20,000 bases of DNA from IMG/VR virus record IMGVR_UViG_3300029288_000147; one strand, 5' to 3'. The notes under the pieces were generated by a model, which was not told where the DNA came from, searched no databases, and saw nothing but the letters and a program-made list of their open reading frames with translations. This document shows, one piece after another, positions 1 to 8,577 of this stretch. The first letter of the stretch is position 1. Each line of letters begins with the position of its first letter. Position numbers and translations under genes: made by a program. The stretch comes from an uncultured virus (IMG/VR IMGVR_UViG_3300029288_000147). Its lineage: Duplodnaviria; Heunggongvirae; Uroviricota; Caudoviricetes.

Positions 1-97
1 CATATAATTTAACTAAAATACCAATTGTTTTATTTTCATTGGATATTTTAATAAATAAAGAATCATCATTTTCTTTTTTTTCTAAAGAATATTTCAT
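1..97 (-). CDS. hypothetical protein, partial (runs off the window edge)
   Basis: ATG at 97 preceded by GAGG; frame is open to position 1 (MKYSLEKKENDDSLFIKISNENKTIGILVKLY...). Confidence 0.55.
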   Translation of the reverse strand, partial: MKYSLEKKENDDSLFIKISNENKTIGILVKLY

Positions 98-114
98 GAA
101 TTAATACCTCTTTT

Positions 115-468
115 TTAATTTGCTGGTTTACTATTTTTATTTTGTGTATTTTTGCAAATATTAATTAATTCATAACAAGCATCATATAAACTATCACAAT
201 CACCTACTTTTTGTGTTATTATTGCTTCATCAATTCTTTCAAATGACCTTACATCACAAGAAGAATATGAAGATATAGAGTTGATATATTCTACATTTTT
301 TGCAAATGTTTCTTGTATTTTTCTCAACGTTGTATTAATAAGTTCTACAACAACAATGTCTTTATAATTAGAAAGATTTTCTATTCTTTCTTTTTTCATA
401 AGAAGAAGAGTTTCAATTTGTTTTTCTAATTCTAATAGTCTAATTGTTGGATGGTTTGGATTCATCAT
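115..468 (-). CDS. hypothetical phage protein
   Basis: 117-aa ORF in the co-oriented, tightly packed gene array; no recognisable motif. Confidence 0.7.
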   Translation of the reverse strand: MMNPNHPTIRLLELEKQIETLLLMKKERIENLSNYKDIVVVELINTTLRKIQETFAKNVEYINSISSYSSCDVRSFERIDEAIITQKVGDCDSLYDACYELINICKNTQNKNSKPAN

Positions 469-925
469 TTTGATTTTCCTCTGTTTTTATTTTTTTGTGT
501 CTATCTCTAATAATATTTACTGCTTCTAATAATTTAAACGCAAATCTTTCTGCATATTCTGCATCAACTAATAGTGAAAAAGAATCTTCTAAATAATTAT
601 TTATTTCTTCTTCTGTTCCATTTAATCTATTAGGATATCTTAAATTACCATTTCTATCATAATTTTCACCAACAATCATAATGCCATCTTGTGGTATTAT
701 TTCACCATTATCTTCAATATAATCTTTCAAAATTTGTATTGACATTATATATTGAAATTCATTTGAACACTCTAAAAATTCTTTAAAGTTGTTGTTATAA
801 CATTGTTTTCTTTCGTTTTCTAATTCGTTCCATTCTTTTAAATCTGTAGCATCCATATCATCATCAATGTCATCATTCCAATAGACTTCATAAAATTCTT
901 CAACAGGCGTAATTGATTTGCTCAT
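440..925 (-). CDS. hypothetical acidic protein
   Basis: 161-aa ORF; AAAAGGAG SD upstream of ATG 925. Confidence 0.8.
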   Translation of the reverse strand: MSKSITPVEEFYEVYWNDDIDDDMDATDLKEWNELENERKQCYNNNFKEFLECSNEFQYIMSIQILKDYIEDNGEIIPQDGIMIVGENYDRNGNLRYPNRLNGTEEEINNYLEDSFSLLVDAEYAERFAFKLLEAVNIIRDRHKKIKTEENQNDESKPSNN

Positions 926-959
926 TGTGAAACTCCTTTTTATTTTTATATGGTTATTG

Positions 960-1034
960 TACCCTTAATGAGACTCGAACTCATACCATATCATCTTAGG
1001 AGGATGATGTTCTTTCCAATTAAACTATAAGGGC
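960..1034 (-). tRNA. tRNA-Arg (anticodon CCT), CCA not encoded
   Basis: Minus strand: acceptor GCCCTTA/TAAGGGT, anticodon arm TCATC-CTCCTAA-GATGA, T arm ATGAG-TTCGAGT-CTCAT. Confidence 0.93.
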
Positions 1035-1038
1035 ATAT

Positions 1039-1070
1039 ATATGCAGCATACGCTAGCGTATGCTGCATAT
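1039..1070. repeat. 32-bp perfect palindrome ATATGCAGCATACGCT|AGCGTATGCTGCATAT
   Basis: 16 consecutive pairs checked base by base around the centre 1054/1055. Confidence 0.95.
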
Positions 1071-1076
1071 TTTTAA

Positions 1077-1862
1077 TTAATGTTTGATTCTATTTCCACA
1101 ATTTGGGCAAAATTTAAAATTGAGATTCGTTACCTCTTTTCCACAATAACCGCAAAATAAATTATCACAATAATATTTTTTATTGTGTGGTTTATTTATT
1201 CTTTTCGTTGAACTTATAGAATTATTATATGGTTTTAATTGAATCTGTAGAATTATTTCGTTATTTTCACAACTAAAATCATTTACATTTACAAATTTTT
1301 GATTAGATTCAGATCCATAATCAGTAATTCCTTTTTCATTTACATCACTCAAAGTTTGATTTGATGTTAATGATACATTATTTAAACAAGCTGTTGTTGT
1401 TGTTGTCCCGCACCATCTAATCGAATAGTCTTTAAGTCTATTAACTCCATATTTCATATTATCCCATCTATATTGTTTAATTGAGATAGTTTTTGGAAAA
1501 ATATAACTGTAATCAATTACTTTTTCTTTTAGAATTTTCAATTGAACAAGTCCATTAATTGGATTTCCTGGATCAGAATTGTTTGAATAATCTGTTTTTA
1601 CAAATTTAAATTTTGGCCCATTATTTAAGCTTCCCAACATAAACCTTTCAATAGTAATTGTTGAATGAGCATTAACTACGAACCAATCTTTTTGTTCATC
1701 TCCATCTAAACAAATTTTAAATTTGATTCTAACATCATTATCGTTTCTTAAACGAATTGAATATTCCGTATTAAAAGGAATATAAGTGCATCCATTAATG
1801 ATTTTTTGTTCTTGACCATCAACAACTATGGTCATTGTGAGATTTTCTGAATTGTGTGACAT
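1077..1862 (-). CDS. hypothetical protein with beta-rich N-terminal domain and C-terminal zinc ribbon
   Basis: 261 aa; C-terminal FCGYCG...FCPNCG; AAGGA SD upstream. Confidence 0.8.
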   Translation of the reverse strand: MSHNSENLTMTIVVDGQEQKIINGCTYIPFNTEYSIRLRNDNDVRIKFKICLDGDEQKDWFVVNAHSTITIERFMLGSLNNGPKFKFVKTDYSNNSDPGNPINGLVQLKILKEKVIDYSYIFPKTISIKQYRWDNMKYGVNRLKDYSIRWCGTTTTTACLNNVSLTSNQTLSDVNEKGITDYGSESNQKFVNVNDFSCENNEIILQIQLKPYNNSISSTKRINKPHNKKYYCDNLFCGYCGKEVTNLNFKFCPNCGNRIKH

Positions 1863-2001
1863 GTTTTTGTTTCCTTTCCTAAGAGTACCATAGAAATAAA
1901 TTCCATAGCCATCCTAAGTTTTTTGTTCTTGATTTTTAGATACGTTAACTTATTTTTCGACCTATTTTTACACTCCTTTCTATTTAATTTTGAATTTCAT
2001 T

Positions 2002-2325
2002 TTATAATCCTTTTTCTCTATATTGATTATAAACATCTAATATAGCTTCTATTGCAGTTTCTTTGCCATCTGAATAATAAATTTGTTTATCAGAATTTTT
2101 TCCACATTCTTTACAAAATGATTTTTTATAAATAGTAAATTCCCATCCAGTTATCCCTATACAATTGATGTCGTGAAAATATATCAGTGTTGTAAAATAA
2201 TTTGGGTGTTTTGAAATTGTTTCGTAAAATTCAATTGCATCTATTAATTCATAAATACTTTTTGATTTTATCATTTCTTGTACTATTTTGTCTTTTTCAA
2301 GATACGTTTTGCACGTGTTACCCAT
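2002..2325 (-). CDS. hypothetical protein
   Basis: 107-aa ORF overlapping the upstream gene by 8 nt; contains CKECG. Confidence 0.7.
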   Translation of the reverse strand: MGNTCKTYLEKDKIVQEMIKSKSIYELIDAIEFYETISKHPNYFTTLIYFHDINCIGITGWEFTIYKKSFCKECGKNSDKQIYYSDGKETAIEAILDVYNQYREKGL

Positions 2326-2746
2326 TTTCGTATTTTTCCTTTAATTTTAAATATTTGTTATATTCAGCTTTTTCTAGTTTCTCTTTCATTAACTTTTGCT
2401 TTTCTTCTTTTTCTTTTTCTTTTTGAGCCTTTAATTCTTCAGTTCTTTTCTTTTGTTTCTCTATAAAGTCTTCATCATACAAAAATTCAACAGGAATATA
2501 AATATATTCTGTATCCCCACAACTAACATCAAATTCAAGACGAAGAACTAATTCATTGTTCGAATTAAAACTTAATGGAGATTCCCAATTAATTGAAAAA
2601 CTTCTATAATAGTAATATTCACCATATCCCATAGATTCTAATATAGATGGCATCATTGGAGTTAAAAACTCTTTAGCTTTTACTACAAATTTTTCAATTT
2701 TTTGTGTTGATTCATATATATCAACAATTTCTTCTCTTTTAAACAT
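2318..2746 (-). CDS. hypothetical protein with C-terminal Lys/Glu coiled coil
   Basis: 142 aa; GGAG SD; tail EKAEYNKYLKLKEKYE is typical of small phage accessory proteins. Confidence 0.8.
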   Translation of the reverse strand: MFKREEIVDIYESTQKIEKFVVKAKEFLTPMMPSILESMGYGEYYYYRSFSINWESPLSFNSNNELVLRLEFDVSCGDTEYIYIPVEFLYDEDFIEKQKKRTEELKAQKEKEKEEKQKLMKEKLEKAEYNKYLKLKEKYENG

Positions 2747-3084
2747 AATATCTCCAAAATATTTTAAGACCTAATTCTTTTGCAGTTTCAATCATGTTCT
2801 TTGTTCCTTTAGAGGTTGGTATCATAATTGCAATTAATGCTTCACCATATTCTGCCATCTGTTTATTTCTAATTGGTCCAGCTGATTTTCCATATTTGTC
2901 CCATTCTGCAGGAAATCTTTTTTACTGATATATGATTTTCTTCTGCAAATCTTTCACCTAATTTATCTACACCTCTTGCAGTTCCTGATATTACTTCTGT
3001 TATTTCAAATTCTGATTCTTTTATGACCTTTTTAAGAAATTCATAGTCATTTATTTCTCTTGATCCTGCTATTATTGTTTTCAT
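2739..3084 (-). pseudogene. SLOG/YspA (DUF2493)-like protein split by a single-base frameshift
   Basis: N-part IIAGSR...VISGTARGVDKLGERFA; the +1 frame after the A6 run at 2918-2923 continues RFPAEWDKYGKSAGPIRNKQMAEYGEALIAI...SKGTKNMIETAKELGL to TAA ending at 2739. Confidence 0.85.
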
Positions 3085-3093
3085 TTTAATATT

Positions 3094-3768
3094 TTAATAA
3101 ATTTTTGATTTGTCTTTTAAATACCAATATGCTAAAACACATGCACAACTAAATGTATTTCCTGAATGTCCATCATCTAAATCTTTAACTAATGATTTTT
3201 GTTTATCCCAATCAAGGTTTTTAAATTCTGAAATCATTTCTGGATCTTTTAGAGTATCAGCAATAACAACAGCTTGTTGTAAAATAAACATTTCATATGG
3301 TTCCCAATCCCATATTTCTTCTTTTTTGAATTCTGATTCTTTTGTTAATCTATCCAATCTATTTTTGAAACATTGAGGAAGAGAATCATATATTTTATTT
3401 CTTTTTTCTATATTTTCTTCATATTCTTTTTTTCTTTTTATTCCAGTATCAATAAGCCATTGTTTATCTTTTTCTTTTTGTTCTTTAACTGTTCTATAAA
3501 AATAAACGATGCCATTAGAAGTAAATCCTCTTACAGTAAATCCTGTACCTTTTCCATAAAGATGTGCAATTTCTCCAACAATCGGATCTGGTAATAATTT
3601 ATCCCTTTTTCCTACACAAAGAGACCAACCATCATCAAAGGTAATTTCCCAACCATTACTAATAATTTTTACTTTTTCAATAATACACTTATTATATTGT
3701 GTATCATTAAAAAATTCTTCATTTTGACCATCAACAAAAATTGATTTTTCCATATAAACCTCAATCAC
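3094..3768 (-). CDS. hypothetical phage protein (C-terminal GHSGNTF motif)
   Basis: 224-aa ORF; start may be the second Met (MEKSIF). Confidence 0.8.
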   Translation of the reverse strand: MIEVYMEKSIFVDGQNEEFFNDTQYNKCIIEKVKIISNGWEITFDDGWSLCVGKRDKLLPDPIVGEIAHLYGKGTGFTVRGFTSNGIVYFYRTVKEQKEKDKQWLIDTGIKRKKEYEENIEKRNKIYDSLPQCFKNRLDRLTKESEFKKEEIWDWEPYEMFILQQAVVIADTLKDPEMISEFKNLDWDKQKSLVKDLDDGHSGNTFSCACVLAYWYLKDKSKIY

Positions 3769-4348
3769 TTCTTTTTAAATATTCTTCAACAATTTTTAAA
3801 TTACATGTCAAAAATTTGCTATTAAATGAATTTCCTGAGCAATAAGTGCGACAACAGATAATACATCCACATTCTTTACAAATATACATTTTTACTGAAT
3901 TTCTTCCACCACACTCACAATCATGAGAAATATAGTTTATTCCACTATTAATTATAGCTAATTTTTCATAATTTACATAAACATTATTAACCAATATAAT
4001 ATTGTCATAATTTTTTAATACATATAATTTTGTATGATAATGTTTATATCTATCTTCTCTATATTGATGGCAATTACATTCATACATTGATTTTTCAGAT
4101 AATGATAAATTAGAAATTATTTTTGGTAAAATAACATTAATATATTTTTCTTCTTCATTTATTTCATTTAATTGCTCTGATACAAAATTAATTTTTTTAT
4201 TTAAGTTTCCTATTATATCATTATTAATAAAATAATTGTCTTCTTTTTCATATTTTAACAAAAAATTATTAATGTCCTTATATATATCTAATTCTCTTTG
4301 TAATTGTTCTTTTTCCATATGAATCTCACTTTTTTGACTCTTTTGCAC
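3761..4348 (-). CDS. hypothetical Cys-rich (probable Zn-binding) protein
   Basis: 195 aa; CNC, CECGG, CKECGC motifs; true start possibly MEKEQ at 4318. Confidence 0.7.
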   Translation of the reverse strand: MQKSQKSEIHMEKEQLQRELDIYKDINNFLLKYEKEDNYFINNDIIGNLNKKINFVSEQLNEINEEEKYINVILPKIISNLSLSEKSMYECNCHQYREDRYKHYHTKLYVLKNYDNIILVNNVYVNYEKLAIINSGINYISHDCECGGRNSVKMYICKECGCIICCRTYCSGNSFNSKFLTCNLKIVEEYLKRSD

Positions 4349-4568
4349 AAATATCAGTTACTCTTATTGGGTAATATAATCTAAAACATTCTTCTTTTGA
4401 TAATTCTGGATGATATTTCTTATGAAATTCTTCAGGACTTATTTCAATAGCATATTTAGTTAAATCTACTGGTATATAAAACCCTTGTACTATAGAAGAT
4501 GACATACCATTATTAAATTTAATTTCTTTTGACGGCCATGATTTCCATATAAATTTTGTTGTTTTCAT
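4326..4568 (-). CDS. hypothetical protein
   Basis: 80-aa ORF; GGGAGG upstream. Confidence 0.65.
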   Translation of the reverse strand: MKTTKFIWKSWPSKEIKFNNGMSSSIVQGFYIPVDLTKYAIEISPEEFHKKYHPELSKEECFRLYYPIRVTDICAKESKK

Positions 4569-4608
4569 TTTTAATATTATTTCCTCCCAGGAAAATTAAT
4601 CAAATATG

Positions 4609-4830
4609 TCAACCGCTATCAGAACAATTTCTTATTATAATGCTTAATGTACCATTTTTAATTTTATCTTGAAACTTTTCTAATTGATTTTTATGAATAT
4701 ATGTTTTCTTTCCTTTTTTATCTTTAACACATATTAATGAATCTTCTTCACAACCTTCTTTATTGTTGAAAATTTTATCAAAATGTTCTTTTGTTATTTT
4801 CATAGAAGTTTGTTGATTTGATATTGACAT
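4609..4830 (-). CDS. hypothetical protein
   Basis: Start refined from 4872 to ATG 4830 (MSISNQ), which has GGAGG upstream and follows the previous stop. Confidence 0.6.
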   Translation of the reverse strand: MSISNQQTSMKITKEHFDKIFNNKEGCEEDSLICVKDKKGKKTYIHKNQLEKFQDKIKNGTLSIIIRNCSDSG

Positions 4831-4837
4831 TTTATTA

Positions 4838-5587
4838 TTATCCTCCGCAATAAAATGATGTTGATACTCCAACCGAATGATTATCTTTATATTTTTCTAA
4901 AATATAATTATAATTCATCATATAATGTAAATAGGTTCCAATTAATAAAGCTTTATTTTCACATTTTTTATAGTCTTTATGTATTATTTGATAAATTCCA
5001 TATTCATCTTGATAAGCATATGTTAAAAATCCATATTGTATTAATTTTTCTATTGCACTTTCAAAATGTTTTGATAAACAAAATTCATAAATTATATTAT
5101 CTTCTTTATCAAATTTTAATTTGGCAATTAATTCATAATTAGATTTATTTTCATTTATTTTTTTTCCATATATTTTTAAAATAGCATTATCATAATGATT
5201 AAATTTATTAGACCTTGTTTCATGAAACTTTATAATAGCATCTATATGCCTAGAAACTTTATCTAATAAATTATATCCATATGAATAATCATCCAAACTA
5301 TATTTTCTTTTTTCATTATTATCAAAAAAACAAATTCCTCTACAATGCATTAAAGCAAATTTTAATTCATCTAATCTATTTTTAATATCAATTTTTTGAT
5401 TATCATATAATCCCTTATCCTTTAAATAAATTAAAAAATCAAGATCATCTTTCAATCTATTTGTTAGAATTGTTGTATATTTAATATTATCAAATCTTGG
5501 TTTATCTGTATTATATACAACATATATTGTTTTGCTTAATAAAGATGAAATTTCACCAAGTGTATCATTCGAATAAAAAATTTTCAT
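4838..5587 (-). CDS. hypothetical protein
   Basis: 249-aa ORF; ATGA overlap with the upstream gene. Confidence 0.75.
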   Translation of the reverse strand: MKIFYSNDTLGEISSLLSKTIYVVYNTDKPRFDNIKYTTILTNRLKDDLDFLIYLKDKGLYDNQKIDIKNRLDELKFALMHCRGICFFDNNEKRKYSLDDYSYGYNLLDKVSRHIDAIIKFHETRSNKFNHYDNAILKIYGKKINENKSNYELIAKLKFDKEDNIIYEFCLSKHFESAIEKLIQYGFLTYAYQDEYGIYQIIHKDYKKCENKALLIGTYLHYMMNYNYILEKYKDNHSVGVSTSFYCGG

Positions 5588-6003
5588 TGTTTAAACCTTT
5601 TATTTGCTTCATCTGGATGTAATGCATAATATGGTTGATTATACATTCTTATATCATTGTCTGAAAAATATTTACAACATGATAGATGATAAAATAATTT
5701 TGACAATACACTGTCGCTGTCATCTAATATTCTTCCTATTCCCATTTGAACATTTACATAATCATTATATATTTTTTCTGTATGTTTATGTTCTTTACAT
5801 AATTTCCAAAATTCTTCATTTACTTTTTTATACGATTTAAAATCTATATTTACATATTTACCACCAGGAATTTCATAAGGATCATGATATAAATCTTTAA
5901 TAAGATTGAGAACAATTTTCATATCATTATCATATTGTACAGCTGCCTCATATGTTTGAAACAATTTTCCAAAAGACTTGAAATAAGATGATTTTTCTAC
6001 CAT
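5584..6003 (-). CDS. hypothetical protein
   Basis: 139 aa; AAAAGGAG SD. Confidence 0.8.
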   Translation of the reverse strand: MVEKSSYFKSFGKLFQTYEAAVQYDNDMKIVLNLIKDLYHDPYEIPGGKYVNIDFKSYKKVNEEFWKLCKEHKHTEKIYNDYVNVQMGIGRILDDSDSVLSKLFYHLSCCKYFSDNDIRMYNQPYYALHPDEANKRFKQ

Positions 6004-6028
6004 GATAAACTCCTTTTAATAAAAAATT

Positions 6029-6379
6029 TTATAACTCTTTGTACTTATTATAATAATATTCAATAACCCAGTCTTTTATATGTATCGCTGTATTTTTAAT
6101 ATCATCATACTTAAATGCCTCTTTGGTTAAAACAATATCCCACTCTGCAGAGCAACAATCAATAAAGTAAACTTCTTCTCCATCTCTCAAATTTAATTTT
6201 TCATTTAATTGTGTTTCAATACCCCACAATTTTTTTCCAAATATTGACCACATTACAAAATCTTGTGAACATTGGTCGCATTTTTTAAATATATTAAGAT
6301 ATAATTCCGCTGATCTTTTTGTAGGAAATCCATAAACACATTGAATATTATTAGACGGTATATAAATTACGCAGTACAT
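6029..6379 (-). CDS. hypothetical protein
   Basis: 116-aa ORF in the co-oriented array. Confidence 0.7.
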   Translation of the reverse strand: MYCVIYIPSNNIQCVYGFPTKRSAELYLNIFKKCDQCSQDFVMWSIFGKKLWGIETQLNEKLNLRDGEEVYFIDCCSAEWDIVLTKEAFKYDDIKNTAIHIKDWVIEYYYNKYKEL

Positions 6380-6383
6380 TATT

Positions 6384-6800
6384 TTACTCTTTTATTACAA
6401 ATGAATCAAAATACAAACCCTTGTTATAATATTCATATGCTAAATTAAAATCAAAATTAGCTTTTCTTAAGCATTTCATGAGATATTTTCTGCCAACATG
6501 TATATTAAGAAATGGATATTTTCTAACAGCTTCGTAACTATATCCTAAATCTTTACAACACGTTTTTGTAACTTGCATAAAACCACACGCAGTAGAATTT
6601 TTATTTTTTGCAAAAGGATTAAATGAACTTTCTATTTGTATTGTTTTTAGTATTTGTTTATGATAAGTAGGGTATGTTGATTTTACATATAATTCAACAT
6701 TTTTTTTATTATGCCAATTAATTGAATCAGGTACAACAATTAATTGTCCATATAATATTAGTGGGATGAATAATAATAATATGAATATAAATTTTTTCAC
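6384..6800 (-). CDS. SLT-domain lytic transglycosylase with N-terminal signal peptide/anchor
   Basis: Catalytic IQIESSFNP, ACGFMQV, NIHVGRKYL and YYNKG motifs; hydrophobic N-terminus; GTG start. Confidence 0.9.
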   Translation of the reverse strand: MKKFIFILLLFIPLILYGQLIVVPDSINWHNKKNVELYVKSTYPTYHKQILKTIQIESSFNPFAKNKNSTACGFMQVTKTCCKDLGYSYEAVRKYPFLNIHVGRKYLMKCLRKANFDFNLAYEYYNKGLYFDSFVIKE

Positions 6801-6821
6801 TATACTTATGACAAACTTTAA

Positions 6822-7178
6822 TTATTGATATATAGTTTCTAATTTATTTGTAAAATACATTATGTTAAGAACTGGCAAATCACCCAATGCTGACATCCCG
6901 GTCGGTGGCCAATTAGCTGAAACATATTGTGTATTAGCATTATTTATAATTAATGGTTTATTTGCTTTTAATAAAAAATATGAAGTAAAATTATTAGGAG
7001 CCGCTACCACAACTTCTGATGATCCAAAATTTATATTTAAATCATAATTTGAGACCAATTGAATATGTTGAGCTTTTTCTCCTAAATCCTTTACATAAAA
7101 CTTACCATGATTTATTAATTCTAATGCTGTTGACTTCCATTCACCATTTATTATTCCATTTTTATATATAGTTTTCAT
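6822..7178 (-). CDS. hypothetical beta-rich protein, probable paralog of 8578-8874 (possible virion protein)
   Basis: Shares GII.GEW, A..I.L....(I/V)NF, FL(L/I).AN and I.YF.NK with the 8578-8916 frame. Confidence 0.75.
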   Translation of the reverse strand: MKTIYKNGIINGEWKSTALELINHGKFYVKDLGEKAQHIQLVSNYDLNINFGSSEVVVAAPNNFTSYFLLKANKPLIINNANTQYVSANWPPTGMSALGDLPVLNIMYFTNKLETIYQ

Positions 7179-7190
7179 ATAGAGGGTAGG
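7175..7190. repeat. left arm of a 16-bp inverted repeat flanking hsp20 (TCATATAGAGGGTAGG)
   Basis: Exact reverse complement of 7752-7767. Confidence 0.95.
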
Positions 7191-7200
7191 GGTTTATTTA

Positions 7201-7704
7201 TTATTTGTCAATTATTTCTATTTTCTTAATTTTATCTGTTTCTTTTTTATCTTCAACTAATTTAGGTATTTTTATTGTTAAAATACCTTTTTCTAATGTT
7301 GATGTAATATTTTCCTTATTATGATTTTTTGAAAGCTTAATAAGTCTTGAGCTTGATGTCTTTTTTAATTCTCTATAGCAATAAAAACCACATTCATCAA
7401 TTTCGTTTTGATCTTGTTTGTCACATTTGATATTAAGAATATCATTTTCAATTTGTATTGTTATTTGTTCCTTATTTAATCCAGGAACAGCAGCTTGAAT
7501 TATTGTTTCTTTTGGTTCTTCAATAACATCAATTTTTGGATATACATTCTTCATAAAGAAATCTGAACCAAGAAAATCATCATTACCAAATAATTCTTTT
7601 CTTATGGTATCGAATAACTTTGGTAGACTTACAAAATCATAATCGTCAAAATTTTTCATTAGAGAACGTGATACTTCATCGTTATGTTTTACGAGTTTAT
7701 TCAT
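7201..7704 (-). CDS. hsp20: small heat-shock protein (Hsp20/alpha-crystallin family)
   Basis: PKIDVIE...AAVPGLNKEQITIQIENDILNI...LEKGILTIKIPK; start refined to ATG 7704 with AAAAGGAGG SD. Confidence 0.95.
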   Translation of the reverse strand: MNKLVKHNDEVSRSLMKNFDDYDFVSLPKLFDTIRKELFGNDDFLGSDFFMKNVYPKIDVIEEPKETIIQAAVPGLNKEQITIQIENDILNIKCDKQDQNEIDECGFYCYRELKKTSSSRLIKLSKNHNKENITSTLEKGILTIKIPKLVEDKKETDKIKKIEIIDK

Positions 7705-7751
7705 AATAATCCTCCTTTTATAATACTGCATAAAGCATGTATTTATTATAG

Positions 7752-7767
7752 CCTACCCTCTATATGA
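7752..7767. repeat. right arm of the 16-bp inverted repeat flanking hsp20 (CCTACCCTCTATATGA)
   Basis: Exact reverse complement of 7175-7190; a minus-strand TATAAT (7745-7750) lies just inside it. Confidence 0.95.
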
Positions 7768-7835
7768 TATGACTATATTATAACTATATTTTTTTGTATA
7801 TGAAAATGTTATAAGTATATTATAAACATAATTTG

Positions 7836-8185
7836 TGGAGATGGTCGGTTTCGAACCGACGTCCAAAATAATTTCATAAATAGGAATTACATGTTTTCTA
7901 TTTTTTATATGATTCTCTATAGAAATAGAAAACTATAATTGAGAACCATTTGTGATAATTTTTATTGTGATTATCGCACAACACATTTTTTCTCGATTTT
8001 ATAACAAATACAATATACCTACGAGAATCGAAATACTGTATTCGCTTGTGCTATTTTATATATTAAGCAGCAAGAGCAAAATTTTCGTTTGCGTTTATTA
8101 TTTCATTGAATTTTTTACGATATATCAATGTTTATCGACATGCCTAGTTTACTTCAATTTATTCTGTCGAATCCAATTCATCCCC
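7836..8185 (-). ncRNA. ssrA: tmRNA, tag peptide ANENFALAA
   Basis: 5' GGGGATGAATTGGATTCGAC; 3' GACGTCGGTTCGAAACCGACCATCTCCA; acceptor stem with G3.U alanine determinant; tag frame 8092-8063 GCA AAC GAA AAT TTT GCT CTT GCT GCT TAA. Confidence 0.96.
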
Positions 8186-8190
8186 ATATT

Positions 8191-8577
8191 TTAAAATTTC
8201 TTATAAAATAATCCTTTATTAATCCTTTTTTTTCTGAATATAATTCCAAATGATAATTCAAACCCTATAAACCATATTAATGCACATAATATAAAATTAT
8301 ATAATGTTAAAGATAATCCAAACATCACTGATAATATAATAGATATTGTCATTAATGCTTTTGAAAAATGCCACCCATCTTTAAAATAAGGTAATAAAAT
8401 TAAATTTTCTGAATTAAAATACCAATGATTTTTATTTTCTGATTTTCTTAACCAATTTTTTATCTTTTCATTTTTTATATTACAAAAAATCATATTATTC
8501 CAATCTACTAATGCATCCATAATTCCATTAAAAAATGATGCTAAGAATAAAAATATATATGATAAGTATATCAACAT
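8191..8577 (-). CDS. hypothetical membrane protein
   Basis: About three hydrophobic segments, DGWH motif and a basic C-terminus. Confidence 0.8.
   Translation of the reverse strand: MLIYLSYIFLFLASFFNGIMDALVDWNNMIFCNIKNEKIKNWLRKSENKNHWYFNSENLILLPYFKDGWHFSKALMTISIILSVMFGLSLTLYNFILCALIWFIGFELSFGIIFRKKRINKGLFYKKF

Noticed and set aside
115..470. Similar C-termini of adjacent ORFs (QNDESKPSNN vs QNKNSKPAN)
   Set aside because: Too short and low-complexity to distinguish from chance
2917..2923. Programmed -1 frameshift at A_AAA_AAG
   Set aside because: The conserved downstream half is in the +1 frame, so a -1 slip would not restore the protein
7705..7835. CIRCE or sigma-32 heat-shock element upstream of hsp20
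   Set aside because: No TTAGCACTC-N9-GAGTGCTAA or CTTGAA/CCCCAT boxes seen
7952..8194. 80-aa plus-strand ORF
   Set aside because: Lies antisense over the tmRNA, which explains the sequence
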